From positions 1,805-65,804 of the forward strand of contig CAMUJH010000015.1 of assembly GCA_947089145.1 (NCBI GenBank): a stretch of 64,000 bases of DNA, written 5' to 3'. Source of the DNA: an uncultured Hungatella sp. GTDB taxonomy: Bacteria; Bacillota; Clostridia; Lachnospirales; Lachnospiraceae. The notes below the pieces were generated by a model. It did not search any database and was not told the DNA's origin. It saw only the letters and a list, made by a program, of their open reading frames with translations. A program made the position numbers and the translations under genes. Shown here piece after piece: positions 9,970-21,437 of the stretch; the first letter of the stretch is position 1, and each line of letters starts with the position of its first letter.

Positions 9970-10974
9970 ATGAAGAAGCTGACAATTAATGAGATTGCAG
10001 AAAAGGCAGGGGTGTCTAAGACCACGGTTTCCTTTTATCTGAATGGAAAGACAAATAAGATGTCAGAAGAAACAAAGCAGCGGATACAGCAGATCATTGA
10101 CGAAACAGGATATGAACCCAGCGCCGCCGCCCGGGCCATGAAGGCGAAAAGCATTGCGGTGCTGGGGGTGATCCTGGATGATGTGTCAAAGCCTTTCGAA
10201 GCCCAGGCATTAAAAGGGATAGAGGAGACGGCCAGGGCTTTTGGCTATCAGATCCTGATTGGCAACAGCGATCTGAATTTTAATGCTGAAAAAGAATATA
10301 TTGAACAGATGGTAAGATGCGGGGCTGAGGGCTTTATTATTCAGTCTACTTATCGCTTTGGCATGTTGGCGGCTTCCCTGGAAAAGAAGAGAAAACCCTT
10401 AGTGTATCTGGGAACCCGGCCTTATGATGTGAAAGGGCGCTATGTAAAAAGTAATCACTATGAATGTGTCTACCAGATGGTAACAGAATGCATCACAAAA
10501 GGATATGATGCCTTTGTAATGGTGGCCGGAGATGCATCTGATGTAAGCGCCGGGTTTGAAAAGACCCGGGGATATAAGGATGCCCTGCAGGATGCAGGGC
10601 TTGAGGGCAGCAGCTGCTATTTTACGGAGCAGGCGCGATCCGGCGACGTGTTTGAACAGCTGAAGCTGCTGGTGGATTTGACAAAAAAGACCTTGATCTA
10701 TGTGGCGGAGCCGGAACTCCTTCCGGTGGCATACCAGGCGATCCGCAATTATCCGGATTACCAGAAGCTGTTTCCGGATACCCTGGGACTCATTGGCTTT
10801 GACATGACCGGCTGGACAAGGCTGACCACCCCGGCCATATCCGCCATTTTGGAACCTGCCTGCCAGGAAGGCGTCCGGGCTGCGAAAGAACTTCTGGAGC
10901 TTCTGGACGGTAAGCGCAAAGAGGGGGAGGTCGTGTTCAAAAACGTGATAAAATGGAGGGAAACTACCCTTTAG
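9970..10974 (+). CDS. LacI family regulator (RegR-like)
   Basis: TINEIAEKAGVSKTTVSFYLNG; GGAGG RBS before ATG 9970. Confidence 0.92.
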   Translation: MKKLTINEIAEKAGVSKTTVSFYLNGKTNKMSEETKQRIQQIIDETGYEPSAAARAMKAKSIAVLGVILDDVSKPFEAQALKGIEETARAFGYQILIGNSDLNFNAEKEYIEQMVRCGAEGFIIQSTYRFGMLAASLEKKRKPLVYLGTRPYDVKGRYVKSNHYECVYQMVTECITKGYDAFVMVAGDASDVSAGFEKTRGYKDALQDAGLEGSSCYFTEQARSGDVFEQLKLLVDLTKKTLIYVAEPELLPVAYQAIRNYPDYQKLFPDTLGLIGFDMTGWTRLTTPAISAILEPACQEGVRAAKELLELLDGKRKEGEVVFKNVIKWRETTL

Positions 10975-11427
10975 GCAAATATATCCGTGACGCCATTATA
11001 CTGGCAGCGGTCCTTTGCCTGTTTCTTCCTGCTCTTGCCTATGATTTAACGTAGGGATGGAAGATGCAGAAAGCCGGTGCAGGCTGAATAAGGCATGATT
11101 TACATGCGGAACCGGCTGATAAGCTCATTCAGCATAGCCGGTAGCTTTGTCCACCAGATGGCTGGCGTCCTTGGGGCTTGCGGTAACCTTAACTAAATGA
11201 CATTGTGCTCCATGCAGATTTCAAGCAGGCATATGCTGGCAGCCCGCATATTGGCCCGTATAGGCAGACTTCAGCAGGATCATAAGGCTGCTTTCGCAAG
11301 ATGGGGAATGAAAGGCACAGGCTTTTATGTGCATTGGCGCGCCTGCAGCCGGGTTTATGGGAGCTAAGAGAGGTTTCCAGAGGAAAAGCTGTGACAAAAG
11401 AATAAAAGACGGGAGATATTATCAAGT

Positions 11428-12288
11428 ATGGAACGAACGATTCGGGAATTATTTGTAATGACAGGGGCAACGTTTATTATTGCTGCTGCGGTTTTTTTCT
11501 TTCTGATTCCAAGCCATGCGGCGGTCAGTTCTGTGTCTGGACTGGCTATGGTGCTGTCTAACTTTGTGCCTCTGTCCATATCCCAAATTACCATGGTTCT
11601 GAACATTGTCCTGCTGGCAGCGGGCTTCCTGCTGTGCGGCCATGAATTCGGCTTTAAGACTGTGTATACCTCGGTTCTCCTGCCAGTGTTTATGGGCATG
11701 TTTGAAATCCTCCTGCCAAATAATGCCTCGATTTCCGGAGATGCCATGCTGGATGTGGCCTGCTATATCTTTGCGGTGAGCATCGGACTCAGTATCCTGT
11801 TTAATATGAATGCGTCTTCGGGAGGACTGGATATTGTGGCCAAGATATTGAACCGGTATCTGCACATGGATCTTGGAAAGGCCATGGGGCTTGCCGGCAT
11901 GTTGGTGGCCCTGAGTTCGGCTTTTGCGTATGACAAGAAAACCGTGGTTTTAAGCGTTCTTGGAACCTATCTTAATGGTATGGTGCTGGATTATTTTATT
12001 TTTGGACAGAACATGAAAAGACGTGTCTGCATTATTTCAAAAGATAAGGAAAAGCAGATTTCCAGCTGGATATTGTATACACTAAAGAGCGGGGCAACTA
12101 TCTATGAGGCTAAAGGGGCCTATGACGGAAAAGTGCGGAATGAGATCATTACCATCGTAGATAAACACGAGTATCAGAAACTGATGCAGTATGTGGCCAG
12201 TGAAGACCCGGAGGCGTTTATTACGGTGTATAATGTAAGTGATATGAGATACATACCTAAAGGAGCAAGGGACGAAGAGCTTTCTTAA
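11428..12288 (+). CDS. YitT family membrane protein
   Basis: ASSGGLDIVAKIL; C-terminal GAT..A.GAY...DPEAFITV. Confidence 0.88.
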   Translation: MERTIRELFVMTGATFIIAAAVFFFLIPSHAAVSSVSGLAMVLSNFVPLSISQITMVLNIVLLAAGFLLCGHEFGFKTVYTSVLLPVFMGMFEILLPNNASISGDAMLDVACYIFAVSIGLSILFNMNASSGGLDIVAKILNRYLHMDLGKAMGLAGMLVALSSAFAYDKKTVVLSVLGTYLNGMVLDYFIFGQNMKRRVCIISKDKEKQISSWILYTLKSGATIYEAKGAYDGKVRNEIITIVDKHEYQKLMQYVASEDPEAFITVYNVSDMRYIPKGARDEELS

Positions 12289-12302
12289 AGCGAAAATAGT
12301 AG

Positions 12303-12331
12303 TTGACGGAAAGTTTCTGCTGCTTTAGAAT
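12303..12331 (+). promoter_or_regulatory. Sigma-A promoter of rubredoxin
   Basis: TTGACG-17 bp-TAGAAT. Confidence 0.6.
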
Positions 12332-12473
12332 ATTAAGAGGACAGGAATGTCCTGCAGGAAATGCTGTAACCTATTTTGTACAGCACCTGGAAGCGGGACG
12401 CCGGAACATCCGGCAAAGCTTTGTGCTTTGCAGGATGTTTGATAATCTATTTTTATGAAAAGGAGAGAACAAT

Positions 12474-12629
12474 ATGAAATACGTATGCGATGTATGCGGC
12501 TGGGAATATGATGAGGAGAAGGGATATCCGGAAGGCGGCATTGCTCCTGGAACGAAGTGGGAGGATGTGCCGGAGGACTTTGAGTGTCCGCTGTGCTTTG
12601 TGGGGAAGGATCAGTTTTCAGAGGCTTAA
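12474..12629 (+). CDS. rub: Rubredoxin (51 aa, absent from the ORF track)
   Basis: [51 protein letters not shown]; two CxxC; AGGAG RBS. Confidence 0.95.
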   Translation: MKYVCDVCGWEYDEEKGYPEGGIAPGTKWEDVPEDFECPLCFVGKDQFSEA

Positions 12630-12782
12630 TAATTGGGAAGATGAATGAAGAGGCTGCCAAGAAATTGACAGCTTCTGTTTTTTAACAGATGATCTTGGGA
12701 GAGAAAGAATCGTAACCCTTTTGCTGAAAAGATGAATGACAGTAAAAGGTTACAATGCATTTATAGTTGCGGATATTTTGAA

Positions 12783-12857
12783 AAGTAAAAAAGAAGTAAA
12801 AAAGAAGTAAAAAAGAAGAACTAAAGACTGTACATGATGAAAAGAATATGATATAAT
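12783..12857 (+). promoter_or_regulatory. Promoter of the acn-gltA-icd operon with three upstream 11-bp tandem repeats
   Basis: (AAGTAAAAAAG)x3 at 12783-12815; TGTACA(12829)-17 bp-TATAAT(12852) with extended -10 TG. Confidence 0.6.
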
Positions 12858-12896
12858 AAAAAAATGCATCATTTAACATAACTCTTATAAACGGGA

Positions 12897-12947
12897 TTGC
12901 GAAGGCGCAAAGTTCTTAGTCGGCAGGATTAAGGGCTTGTGCCTTTT
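12897..12947 (+). promoter_or_regulatory. Leader terminator overlapped by an ANTAR-like hexaloop hairpin
   Basis: TTGC-GAAGGC-GCAA overlaps the 5' arm of the stem AAGGCGCAAAGTTCTTAGTC/GATTAAGGGCTTGTGCCTT, followed by T residues. Confidence 0.55.
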
Positions 12948-13083
12948 GTGCGTACAGGGATAACCCTGTAGTTAAACCAGGAATTTTCAGATTGTACAGG
13001 GCATGGGACGGTATGCATTTCTATGACGCACTGGACAAACAAACCATTTTCGTTTATAGTATTTGTAAATTATTAACCAGGAG

Positions 13084-15408
13084 GTGGAGATATTGGTATC
13101 ACTTTATGAAGGCGGCGTTTATCTGGTTAGAGGGACAGAACTTATCCCGGAAAAGGACAGGGGCAAGGTAAAAGCCCTGACAGGTCAGGAAGCGGACAAG
13201 GAGGCTGCAAAAAAGGAGACTATCGCCTATTCCATACTGCAGGCCCACAACACATCGGATAATATGGAGCATCTGAAGCTCCGTTTTGATTCTATGGCAT
13301 CTCATGATATTACTTTTGTTGGAATTGTACAGACGGCGAAGGCCTCCGGCATGGAGCGTTTTCCGATTCCTTATGTGCTGACCAACTGCCACAATACGCT
13401 TTGTGCAGTAGGAGGCACGATTAATGAAGATGATCATATGTTTGGCCTTTCAGCGGCAAAGAAATACGGAGGCATTTACGTTCCGCCCCATATTGCCGTG
13501 ATCCATCAGTACATGAGAGAGCGGATGGCTGGCTGCGGGCAGATGATTCTGGGCTCTGACAGCCATACCCGCTATGGGGCTTTGGGGACCATGGCCGTGG
13601 GAGAAGGCGGCGGAGAACTGGTAAAGCAGCTTTTAAAAGATACGTATGATGTGAATTACCCAGAGGTTGTAGCCGTATATCTGGATGGAGCGCCAAAGCC
13701 GGGGACAGGGCCTCAGGACATTGCTCTGGCAATTATTGCCGCCGTATTTAAAAATGGCTATGTAAAGAATAAGGTTATGGAGTTTGTGGGGCCAGGGGTT
13801 GGTTCCATGACAACGGATTATCGGAACGGCGTGGATGTGATGACAACGGAAACCACCTGTCTTACCTCCATATGGAAGACGGATGAGGATACCAGGGCTT
13901 ATCTGGCAAAGCATCACAGGGAAGAAGCATACCGGGAATTGGCTCCCGGACAGGTAGCCTACTATGATGGATGCGTGTATGTGGATCTTTCCACGGTGAA
14001 GCCTATGATTGCCCTGCCGTTCCATCCCAGCAATGCCTATGAGATTGATCAGCTGAAGGAGAATCTGACGGATATTTTAGGAGAAGCGGAGGCTCAGGCC
14101 AAAAAGATATCCGGCGGGAAGGCTGAATTTACGCTTTTGGATAAAGTAAAAGACGGGGAGCTGATGGTGCAGCAGGCTGTTATAGCTGGGTGTGCCGGAG
14201 GCACTTACAGCAATATTATGGAGGCAGCCCAGGTATTGAGAGGCGGAAGCTGCGGCTGCGGCGAGTTTTCTCTGGCAGTTTATCCCTCATCCCAGCCGGT
14301 GTTTGCGGATCTGGTGAAGAAAGGGGCGGTATCTGATCTTATGGAAGCCGGAGCCATTGTCCGCACTGCATTCTGCGGCCCATGTTTTGGCGCAGGGGAT
14401 ACGCCCTGCAATAACGGGTTGAGCATCCGCCATACTACCAGGAATTTCCCCAACAGAGAGGGATCTAAGCCTGGCAGCGGGCAGATGGCCGCTGTTGCCC
14501 TGATGGATGCCAGATCCATCGCAGCCACGGCAGCAAACAAGGGGCGTCTGACCTCAGCCTGGGAGATGGACGGCTGGGATCAGGTGCCGGAATATCAGTA
14601 TGATGACAGCTCTTACCGGAACCGTGTATACAGTGGTTTTGGAGAAGGAGACTGCGGCAGGGAATTGGTATATGGGCCTAATATTAAGGACTGGCCGGAC
14701 ATGAGTCCCCTGGCGGAGAACATTCTTTTACAGGTATGTTCGAAAATCATGGACCCGGTGACAACTACAGATGAGCTGATCCCTTCCGGGGAGACTTCCT
14801 CTTACCGCTCCAATCCTCTGGGATTGGCGGAGTTTACCCTCTCTAGAAGAGATCCGGAATATGTTGCCAGAGCCAAAGCGGCGGACAGGATTGAAAGGGC
14901 CAGGAGGTCAGAAGGGGAAGCGGGGGAATTTGCTTTGGAACCGGCCCTTGAACCGATTTTCGCCTGCATTCGGCAGATATCCGGCAGCGAACAGGTAACA
15001 GCAGACAGCGTGGAGATAGGCAGCATGATCTATGCGGTAAAGCCCGGTGACGGTTCTGCCAGGGAACAGGCGGCAAGCTGCCAGAGAGTCATCGGCGGCC
15101 TTGCCAATATCTGCAGAGAATATGCGACAAAACGGTACCGCTCCAATGTGATCAACTGGGGGATGATTCCTTTCCAGATGGAGGCAGAGCCGGAATTCCA
15201 GGTGGGAGATTATATCTATGTGCCAGGCATACGGACTGCCCTGGACGGAGATCTAAAGAACATTACCGCTTATGTGATAAAAGACGGCAAAGAGGCACGG
15301 ACAGTAAAAGAACTCTGTCTTTATATTGGAGATATGACAGCAGAGGAGAGAGAGATCGTCAAGGCCGGATGCCTGATTAATTATAACAGAAACAGACAGA
15401 AAGGATGA
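13084..15408 (+). CDS. Aconitate hydratase (YbhJ-like)
   Basis: [43 protein letters not shown]; start may be TTG 13093. Confidence 0.9.
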   Translation: MEILVSLYEGGVYLVRGTELIPEKDRGKVKALTGQEADKEAAKKETIAYSILQAHNTSDNMEHLKLRFDSMASHDITFVGIVQTAKASGMERFPIPYVLTNCHNTLCAVGGTINEDDHMFGLSAAKKYGGIYVPPHIAVIHQYMRERMAGCGQMILGSDSHTRYGALGTMAVGEGGGELVKQLLKDTYDVNYPEVVAVYLDGAPKPGTGPQDIALAIIAAVFKNGYVKNKVMEFVGPGVGSMTTDYRNGVDVMTTETTCLTSIWKTDEDTRAYLAKHHREEAYRELAPGQVAYYDGCVYVDLSTVKPMIALPFHPSNAYEIDQLKENLTDILGEAEAQAKKISGGKAEFTLLDKVKDGELMVQQAVIAGCAGGTYSNIMEAAQVLRGGSCGCGEFSLAVYPSSQPVFADLVKKGAVSDLMEAGAIVRTAFCGPCFGAGDTPCNNGLSIRHTTRNFPNREGSKPGSGQMAAVALMDARSIAATAANKGRLTSAWEMDGWDQVPEYQYDDSSYRNRVYSGFGEGDCGRELVYGPNIKDWPDMSPLAENILLQVCSKIMDPVTTTDELIPSGETSSYRSNPLGLAEFTLSRRDPEYVARAKAADRIERARRSEGEAGEFALEPALEPIFACIRQISGSEQVTADSVEIGSMIYAVKPGDGSAREQAASCQRVIGGLANICREYATKRYRSNVINWGMIPFQMEAEPEFQVGDYIYVPGIRTALDGDLKNITAYVIKDGKEARTVKELCLYIGDMTAEEREIVKAGCLINYNRNRQKG

Positions 15409-15414
15409 TAGCCT

Positions 15415-16758
15415 ATGGTTAAAAACAGTTATCTTGCGCAATTTTATGGAAAATCCCAGAACTATACCGAAATTCCCAATGAATGGTACAGAGAGTATAA
15501 TGTAAAGAAGGGCCTGCGCAACGAGGACGGAACAGGCGTGCGCATCGGCCTTACCAGAGTGTCTGATGTGGTAGGCTATGAGGAGACAGAGGAAGGGATT
15601 CAGGCAGTTCCCGGAAAGCTGTACTATCGGGGCATTGACGTGGTGGATCTGGTAATGGGAAAACGAGGGAGCCATTTCGGATATGAAGAGGTCTGCTTCC
15701 TTCTGCTTTTCGGATATCTTCCCAAGAAACAGGAACTGGACTGTTTCTGCAGCATTATCAGAGAATGCTATGAGATACCAGATGAATTTGTGGAGATGAA
15801 CCTGCTGCGCATGCCTGGCATGAATCTGATGAATAAGCTTCAGGATGCGGTGCTTACGTTATATAACTATGATGATGATCCAGACAACATAGGGGTTTAT
15901 GAGACTCTGGTAAAGGGAATTAACCTGCTGGCCAAGCTGCCTTCTATTGCCTGCTACGCCTATCAGAGCAAGGTACATTATTATGAGAGAGACAGTTTGT
16001 TTATCCATTACGCCAATCCACAGTATTCTATTGCAGAGAATTTCTTAAGCCTTCTGCGCAAGGATCAGAAGTTTTCCGTAAGGGAGGCAGGGCTTCTGGA
16101 TACGATTTTGATGCTTCATGCAGACCATGGCGGCGGCAACAACTCTACCTTTACTAATGTAGTGATTTCCTCCACCGGCACAGATATTTATTCTACCATG
16201 TCAGGAAGCATCGGCTCCTTAAAAGGTCCCCGCCATGGCGGCGCCAATATAAAGGTTGCGGAAATGATGGATGCGGTGCTGGAGGAAGTGGGAGGCTATG
16301 AAGCGGATGACTCTGCCATTCGGAAGGCAGTGAAAAAGCTGATGGATGGGGAATTATATGACCGTTCCGGTCTGGTTTACGGCTTTGGCCATGCAGTATA
16401 CACCATTTCCGATCCCAGGGCGGATATGCTTAGGGCATGCTGCAATGCGGTGGCAAAAGAGAAGAATCTGATGACAGAGCTGGAGTTCCGCATGCGGTTT
16501 GAACAGATTGCCAGACAGGTGATGGAGGAGAAAAAGGGCAAGCCTCTTCCGGCCAATGTGGATTATTACAGCGGCTTTGCTTACGAAATGCTGGGAATCC
16601 CCAGGGACTTGTATACTCCGCTGTTTATGTGCAGCAGAACGGTAGGCTGGCTGGCCCATAACATTGAGAACAAGCTTTATGACGGCCGTATCATGCGTCC
16701 GGCTACTAAATATGTAGGCAGTGAAAATCAGGAATACGTGTCAATGGAGGACAGATAA
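15415..16758 (+). CDS. gltA: Citrate synthase (Si-type)
   Basis: LYYRG, HADHGGGNNST, GPRHGGAN, GFGHAVY..DPR, ANVDYYSG. Confidence 0.9.
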   Translation: MVKNSYLAQFYGKSQNYTEIPNEWYREYNVKKGLRNEDGTGVRIGLTRVSDVVGYEETEEGIQAVPGKLYYRGIDVVDLVMGKRGSHFGYEEVCFLLLFGYLPKKQELDCFCSIIRECYEIPDEFVEMNLLRMPGMNLMNKLQDAVLTLYNYDDDPDNIGVYETLVKGINLLAKLPSIACYAYQSKVHYYERDSLFIHYANPQYSIAENFLSLLRKDQKFSVREAGLLDTILMLHADHGGGNNSTFTNVVISSTGTDIYSTMSGSIGSLKGPRHGGANIKVAEMMDAVLEEVGGYEADDSAIRKAVKKLMDGELYDRSGLVYGFGHAVYTISDPRADMLRACCNAVAKEKNLMTELEFRMRFEQIARQVMEEKKGKPLPANVDYYSGFAYEMLGIPRDLYTPLFMCSRTVGWLAHNIENKLYDGRIMRPATKYVGSENQEYVSMEDR

Positions 16759-16760
16759 GA

Positions 16761-17759
16761 ATGAGCGATACGATTACGGTGTTTAAAGGAGACGGCATCG
16801 GCCCGGAGATTACGGATGCAGTGCTTAAGATTCTGGATGCGGCGGGGGCCGGACTAACTTATGAGATTTTTTCTGTAGGGGAGGCGGAATATGAAGCTTG
16901 CGGGCAGCTGATCCCTGAGGAGGGCTTTGCATCTTTTGAAAAAAACAGGGTGCTGTTAAAATCCCCCATTACCACTCCTGTAGGCAAGGGATTCCGCTCG
17001 CTTAATGTTATGATGCGCAAAAAATACGATCTTTATGCCAATATCCGCCCGGCCAGATCCAACAGCGCCGTAAAAACGCCTTTTGAGAATGTGGATATCG
17101 TAATGTTCCGGGAGAATACAGAGGATCTGTATGCAGGCGTGGAGGAGATGATCGATGAGGAGACGGCCCATTCCATTAAGATCATTACCAGGAAATGCAG
17201 CAAAAGGATTATCAAGGACGCCTTTGAATACGCAGTGCGCCAGGGCCGCAGAAAGGTTACCTGTGTTCATAAGGCTAATATTATGAAGCTTTCTGACGGC
17301 CTTTTTCGGGATGTGTTCTACGAGGTAAGCAGGGAGTACCCTCAGATCGAAGCGGAGGATAAGATCGTTGACAATGTGGCGATGCAGCTTGTGATGAGGC
17401 CTCAGCAGTTTGACGTGATTGTGACGGAAAATCTTTACGGAGATATTTTGTCAGATCTGACCAGCGGCCTTATTGGCGGTTTGGGACTTCTTCCCTCTAG
17501 CAATTTAGGCTGCGGCTATGCCATGTTTGAGGCGGTTCACGGAAGCGCCCCGGACATTGCCGGAAAGGGCATTGCAAACCCCACGGCCTTTTTATGGTCT
17601 GCATGCATGATGCTGGAGCATATGGGGAAAACGGAGTGTGCGTCAAGGATCAGGCGGGCAGTTGACAAGGTTCTGGCAGAGGGAAAAGTGAAAACCCCGG
17701 ATTTGGGCGGAACGGCTACGACAATAGAATATCAGGATGCTATTATTCAGCATCTGTAG
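16761..17759 (+). CDS. icd: Isocitrate dehydrogenase (NAD-type; isocitrate/isopropylmalate family)
   Basis: GDGIGPE, RSLN, RENTED, HKANIMK, NLYGDILSD, FEAVHGSAPDIAG; operon context. Confidence 0.85.
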   Translation: MSDTITVFKGDGIGPEITDAVLKILDAAGAGLTYEIFSVGEAEYEACGQLIPEEGFASFEKNRVLLKSPITTPVGKGFRSLNVMMRKKYDLYANIRPARSNSAVKTPFENVDIVMFRENTEDLYAGVEEMIDEETAHSIKIITRKCSKRIIKDAFEYAVRQGRRKVTCVHKANIMKLSDGLFRDVFYEVSREYPQIEAEDKIVDNVAMQLVMRPQQFDVIVTENLYGDILSDLTSGLIGGLGLLPSSNLGCGYAMFEAVHGSAPDIAGKGIANPTAFLWSACMMLEHMGKTECASRIRRAVDKVLAEGKVKTPDLGGTATTIEYQDAIIQHL

Positions 17760-17836
17760 AAGGGAGTGAGGGACTCGGATCACGGTTAAGGTCTGTTCCC
17801 AAGGTTCTTTAGCTGCGGATGGATAAAAGCAGTAAG

Positions 17837-17884
17837 TAAGACGGGCATCCCTCTGTACAATGGTACAGGAGGGTGCCCGTCTTA
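17837..17884. terminator. Stem-loop between convergent genes
   Basis: TAAGACGGGCATCCCTCTGTAC...GTACAGGAGGGTGCCCGTCTTA. Confidence 0.7.
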
Positions 17885-17954
17885 AAATATGATAAAGTAT
17901 GAAAACGCCTCTTTTACAAAGGTTCCTTATCTGTAATGGCAGTAGCGGGGAATT

Positions 17955-19295
17955 TTACCGCTTTGCAAAGAAATCATCAATCCTCTTCTTAATTTCCGTT
18001 GGCTTTAGATATTTTAACAGATATCCGTCTGCCTTTAAGGACAATACCTTTTTCACGCTTTCCGCATCATCCCTGCTGGTCAGGAAGATAACCGGAATAT
18101 CTGCAAAGTCTTCCTCAGAACGGAGCATTTCCAGTACATGGCTTCCGTCACATACCGGCATTTCATAATCTAACAAAACCAAATCCGGCCTGTCCAGGGT
18201 GATGGACCGGATGGCGGCCGTACCGGAGGCTACCTCTGAAATATCATACTTTTCAGACAGCAGATTCTTTATTCCTTTTCGTATGGTGACGGAATCATCC
18301 ACAATAAGAATTTTGCGCTTTGCATTGCCCTCCTTCTCCTTCAGATATTTTCCGACTTCTGTTACGGCATTGCTGGCATCAAGCGGAATCCCGATGCCGT
18401 CTTCAAGCAAATGGGGAGCGATGACGCAGTAGGAAAAATACCCCTCCTTTGTGCTGAATAAAAGACTGACCTGGGGTTTTTTCCTTTCAAAAATCTCATG
18501 GAACTGTTCATAGGTAAGGAGGTTTTCTTCTGTCATATCATAAGAATAAATGGATGGATAATGATTCATAATGCGTCTTACAAACTGACACGCCGTATAT
18601 CGGACTGCATTAAGAAGCACAATGTCCAGCTTGTCAGACTTGACCCCCATTATTTTTCCTACGGTATGGATCAAAATATTGTCTTCAAAGGCTAAAAGTA
18701 TTTCCCATTTTTTGTCGTCTTGTTCCCGGCTGTAAACCAAACGGTAATATACCCCTTTGCCGAATTTTTCTCCATCGTAGGATCTGCTGATTACATTCGC
18801 CCTCAGCTGGAACATACTTTTTAAAAGCTTAAGGATCACTTCTTCCATAGCGGCAAGTTCTTCTTCCGGCAGAAGATCTACCCATTTGCTCATTTTCCCG
18901 CCGGTCATGGCTGCATCTTCTGTCAAAGTATGACCAATCAGCCATCCAGCGCAGACAGCCAGAAAATGTTCAACTGAAGAAGGAGAATAGTCTTCCCGTT
19001 CCAATTCTTTTTCCAAAGCCGGAAGCGAGTTTTCCCTGAAGCCTTTGTGCAGACGCTTGTGCATCTCTATTTCTTCGTAACCAACTAGTTCCATGTATTT
19101 TTCTTCATCTTCAAAATGCTTCAACGCATGTGACTTAAAATACTTAATCCCCTCCTGGCATGCTCGTCTGCTTTTTGTCTCTTCCCTTCCTAAGGAAAAA
19201 AGCCTGCTGATAATCTGAAAAAGTCTTTGGTGTTCATCATCAATGATTTTGATCCCTATATTAAACTCATTCTTCCATATCAGTTGCTCATCCAT
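17955..19295 (-). CDS. Hemerythrin + CheC/CheX-like + receiver domain protein
   Basis: W...GIKIIDDEH..HFEDEE..H..H..WL..H...D; C-terminal ILIVDD..PDLVLLD..P..DG..PVIFLT..YLLK; AGGAG RBS before ATG 19295; middle domain call is tentative. Confidence 0.82.
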   Translation of the reverse strand: MDEQLIWKNEFNIGIKIIDDEHQRLFQIISRLFSLGREETKSRRACQEGIKYFKSHALKHFEDEEKYMELVGYEEIEMHKRLHKGFRENSLPALEKELEREDYSPSSVEHFLAVCAGWLIGHTLTEDAAMTGGKMSKWVDLLPEEELAAMEEVILKLLKSMFQLRANVISRSYDGEKFGKGVYYRLVYSREQDDKKWEILLAFEDNILIHTVGKIMGVKSDKLDIVLLNAVRYTACQFVRRIMNHYPSIYSYDMTEENLLTYEQFHEIFERKKPQVSLLFSTKEGYFSYCVIAPHLLEDGIGIPLDASNAVTEVGKYLKEKEGNAKRKILIVDDSVTIRKGIKNLLSEKYDISEVASGTAAIRSITLDRPDLVLLDYEMPVCDGSHVLEMLRSEEDFADIPVIFLTSRDDAESVKKVLSLKADGYLLKYLKPTEIKKRIDDFFAKR

Positions 19296-19403
19296 TTGTA
19301 AAATACTCCTTTGCCGCAATTATGCCTTTAAATTTTGTCTGTTTTTCAGCATTTTAATATTCATAGAAATCCAGACAGAGTAAGCTACCGCAATGAATCA
19401 TTT

Positions 19404-20903
<1,500 letters not shown>

Positions 20904-21048
20904 TCATACATCAAAATTCCGGTAATTTCCAGAACAATTTACGCTGTTATATAATTTACGGAAATAGCGGATATGCCGGGAAATTTTACAGACAAAGTAC
21001 AGCTGCAGATTTGAAAGAATGCGGTGATAAAGGCGCAGGCCATCAGGA

Positions 21049-21426
21049 TTAATCCCAATGGCCTGTTTCTTTGAAGATAAGTTTTTCTTTTTGACATATA
21101 GGGCAGGCAGTTTGGGCTCCCTCCTCCAAAATTTCCGGGACACCGCCGCATTCCGGACATTGTGTGCTGTAGGTATGGCCGTTTTCCAAAAAACGGAGGA
21201 CGGGAATAGCTACTATATTCTGGCACTGCCGGCAGGAGGCAGGGCGGTAATGAAACTGGAAAAGAGGCTCCTGCTCCTGACGGATATCTTCTCGTATCTT
21301 TGCCTGGATATCAGCGGGAAAAGCCAGAAGGACACGGCTTAAAGCACAGTGGACCCTTCCGTGGCCCGCAAAAATCTTCCAGGTTTTCCGGCAGGAAGGG
21401 CATCTGTATTCTTGAACAATTCCCAT
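21049..21426 (-). CDS. Small Zn-ribbon protein (four CxxC pairs)
   Basis: CPSC, CRQC, CPEC, CPIC; GGAG RBS, 11 bp after the flagellin stop. Confidence 0.8.
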   Translation of the reverse strand: MGIVQEYRCPSCRKTWKIFAGHGRVHCALSRVLLAFPADIQAKIREDIRQEQEPLFQFHYRPASCRQCQNIVAIPVLRFLENGHTYSTQCPECGGVPEILEEGAQTACPICQKEKLIFKETGHWD

Positions 21427-21437
21427 AGCATATCTCC

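Noticed and set aside
10975-11427. 450-bp intergenic region with an ACCGGCT/AGCCGGT hairpin
   Set aside because: No recognisable RNA motif or credible ORF
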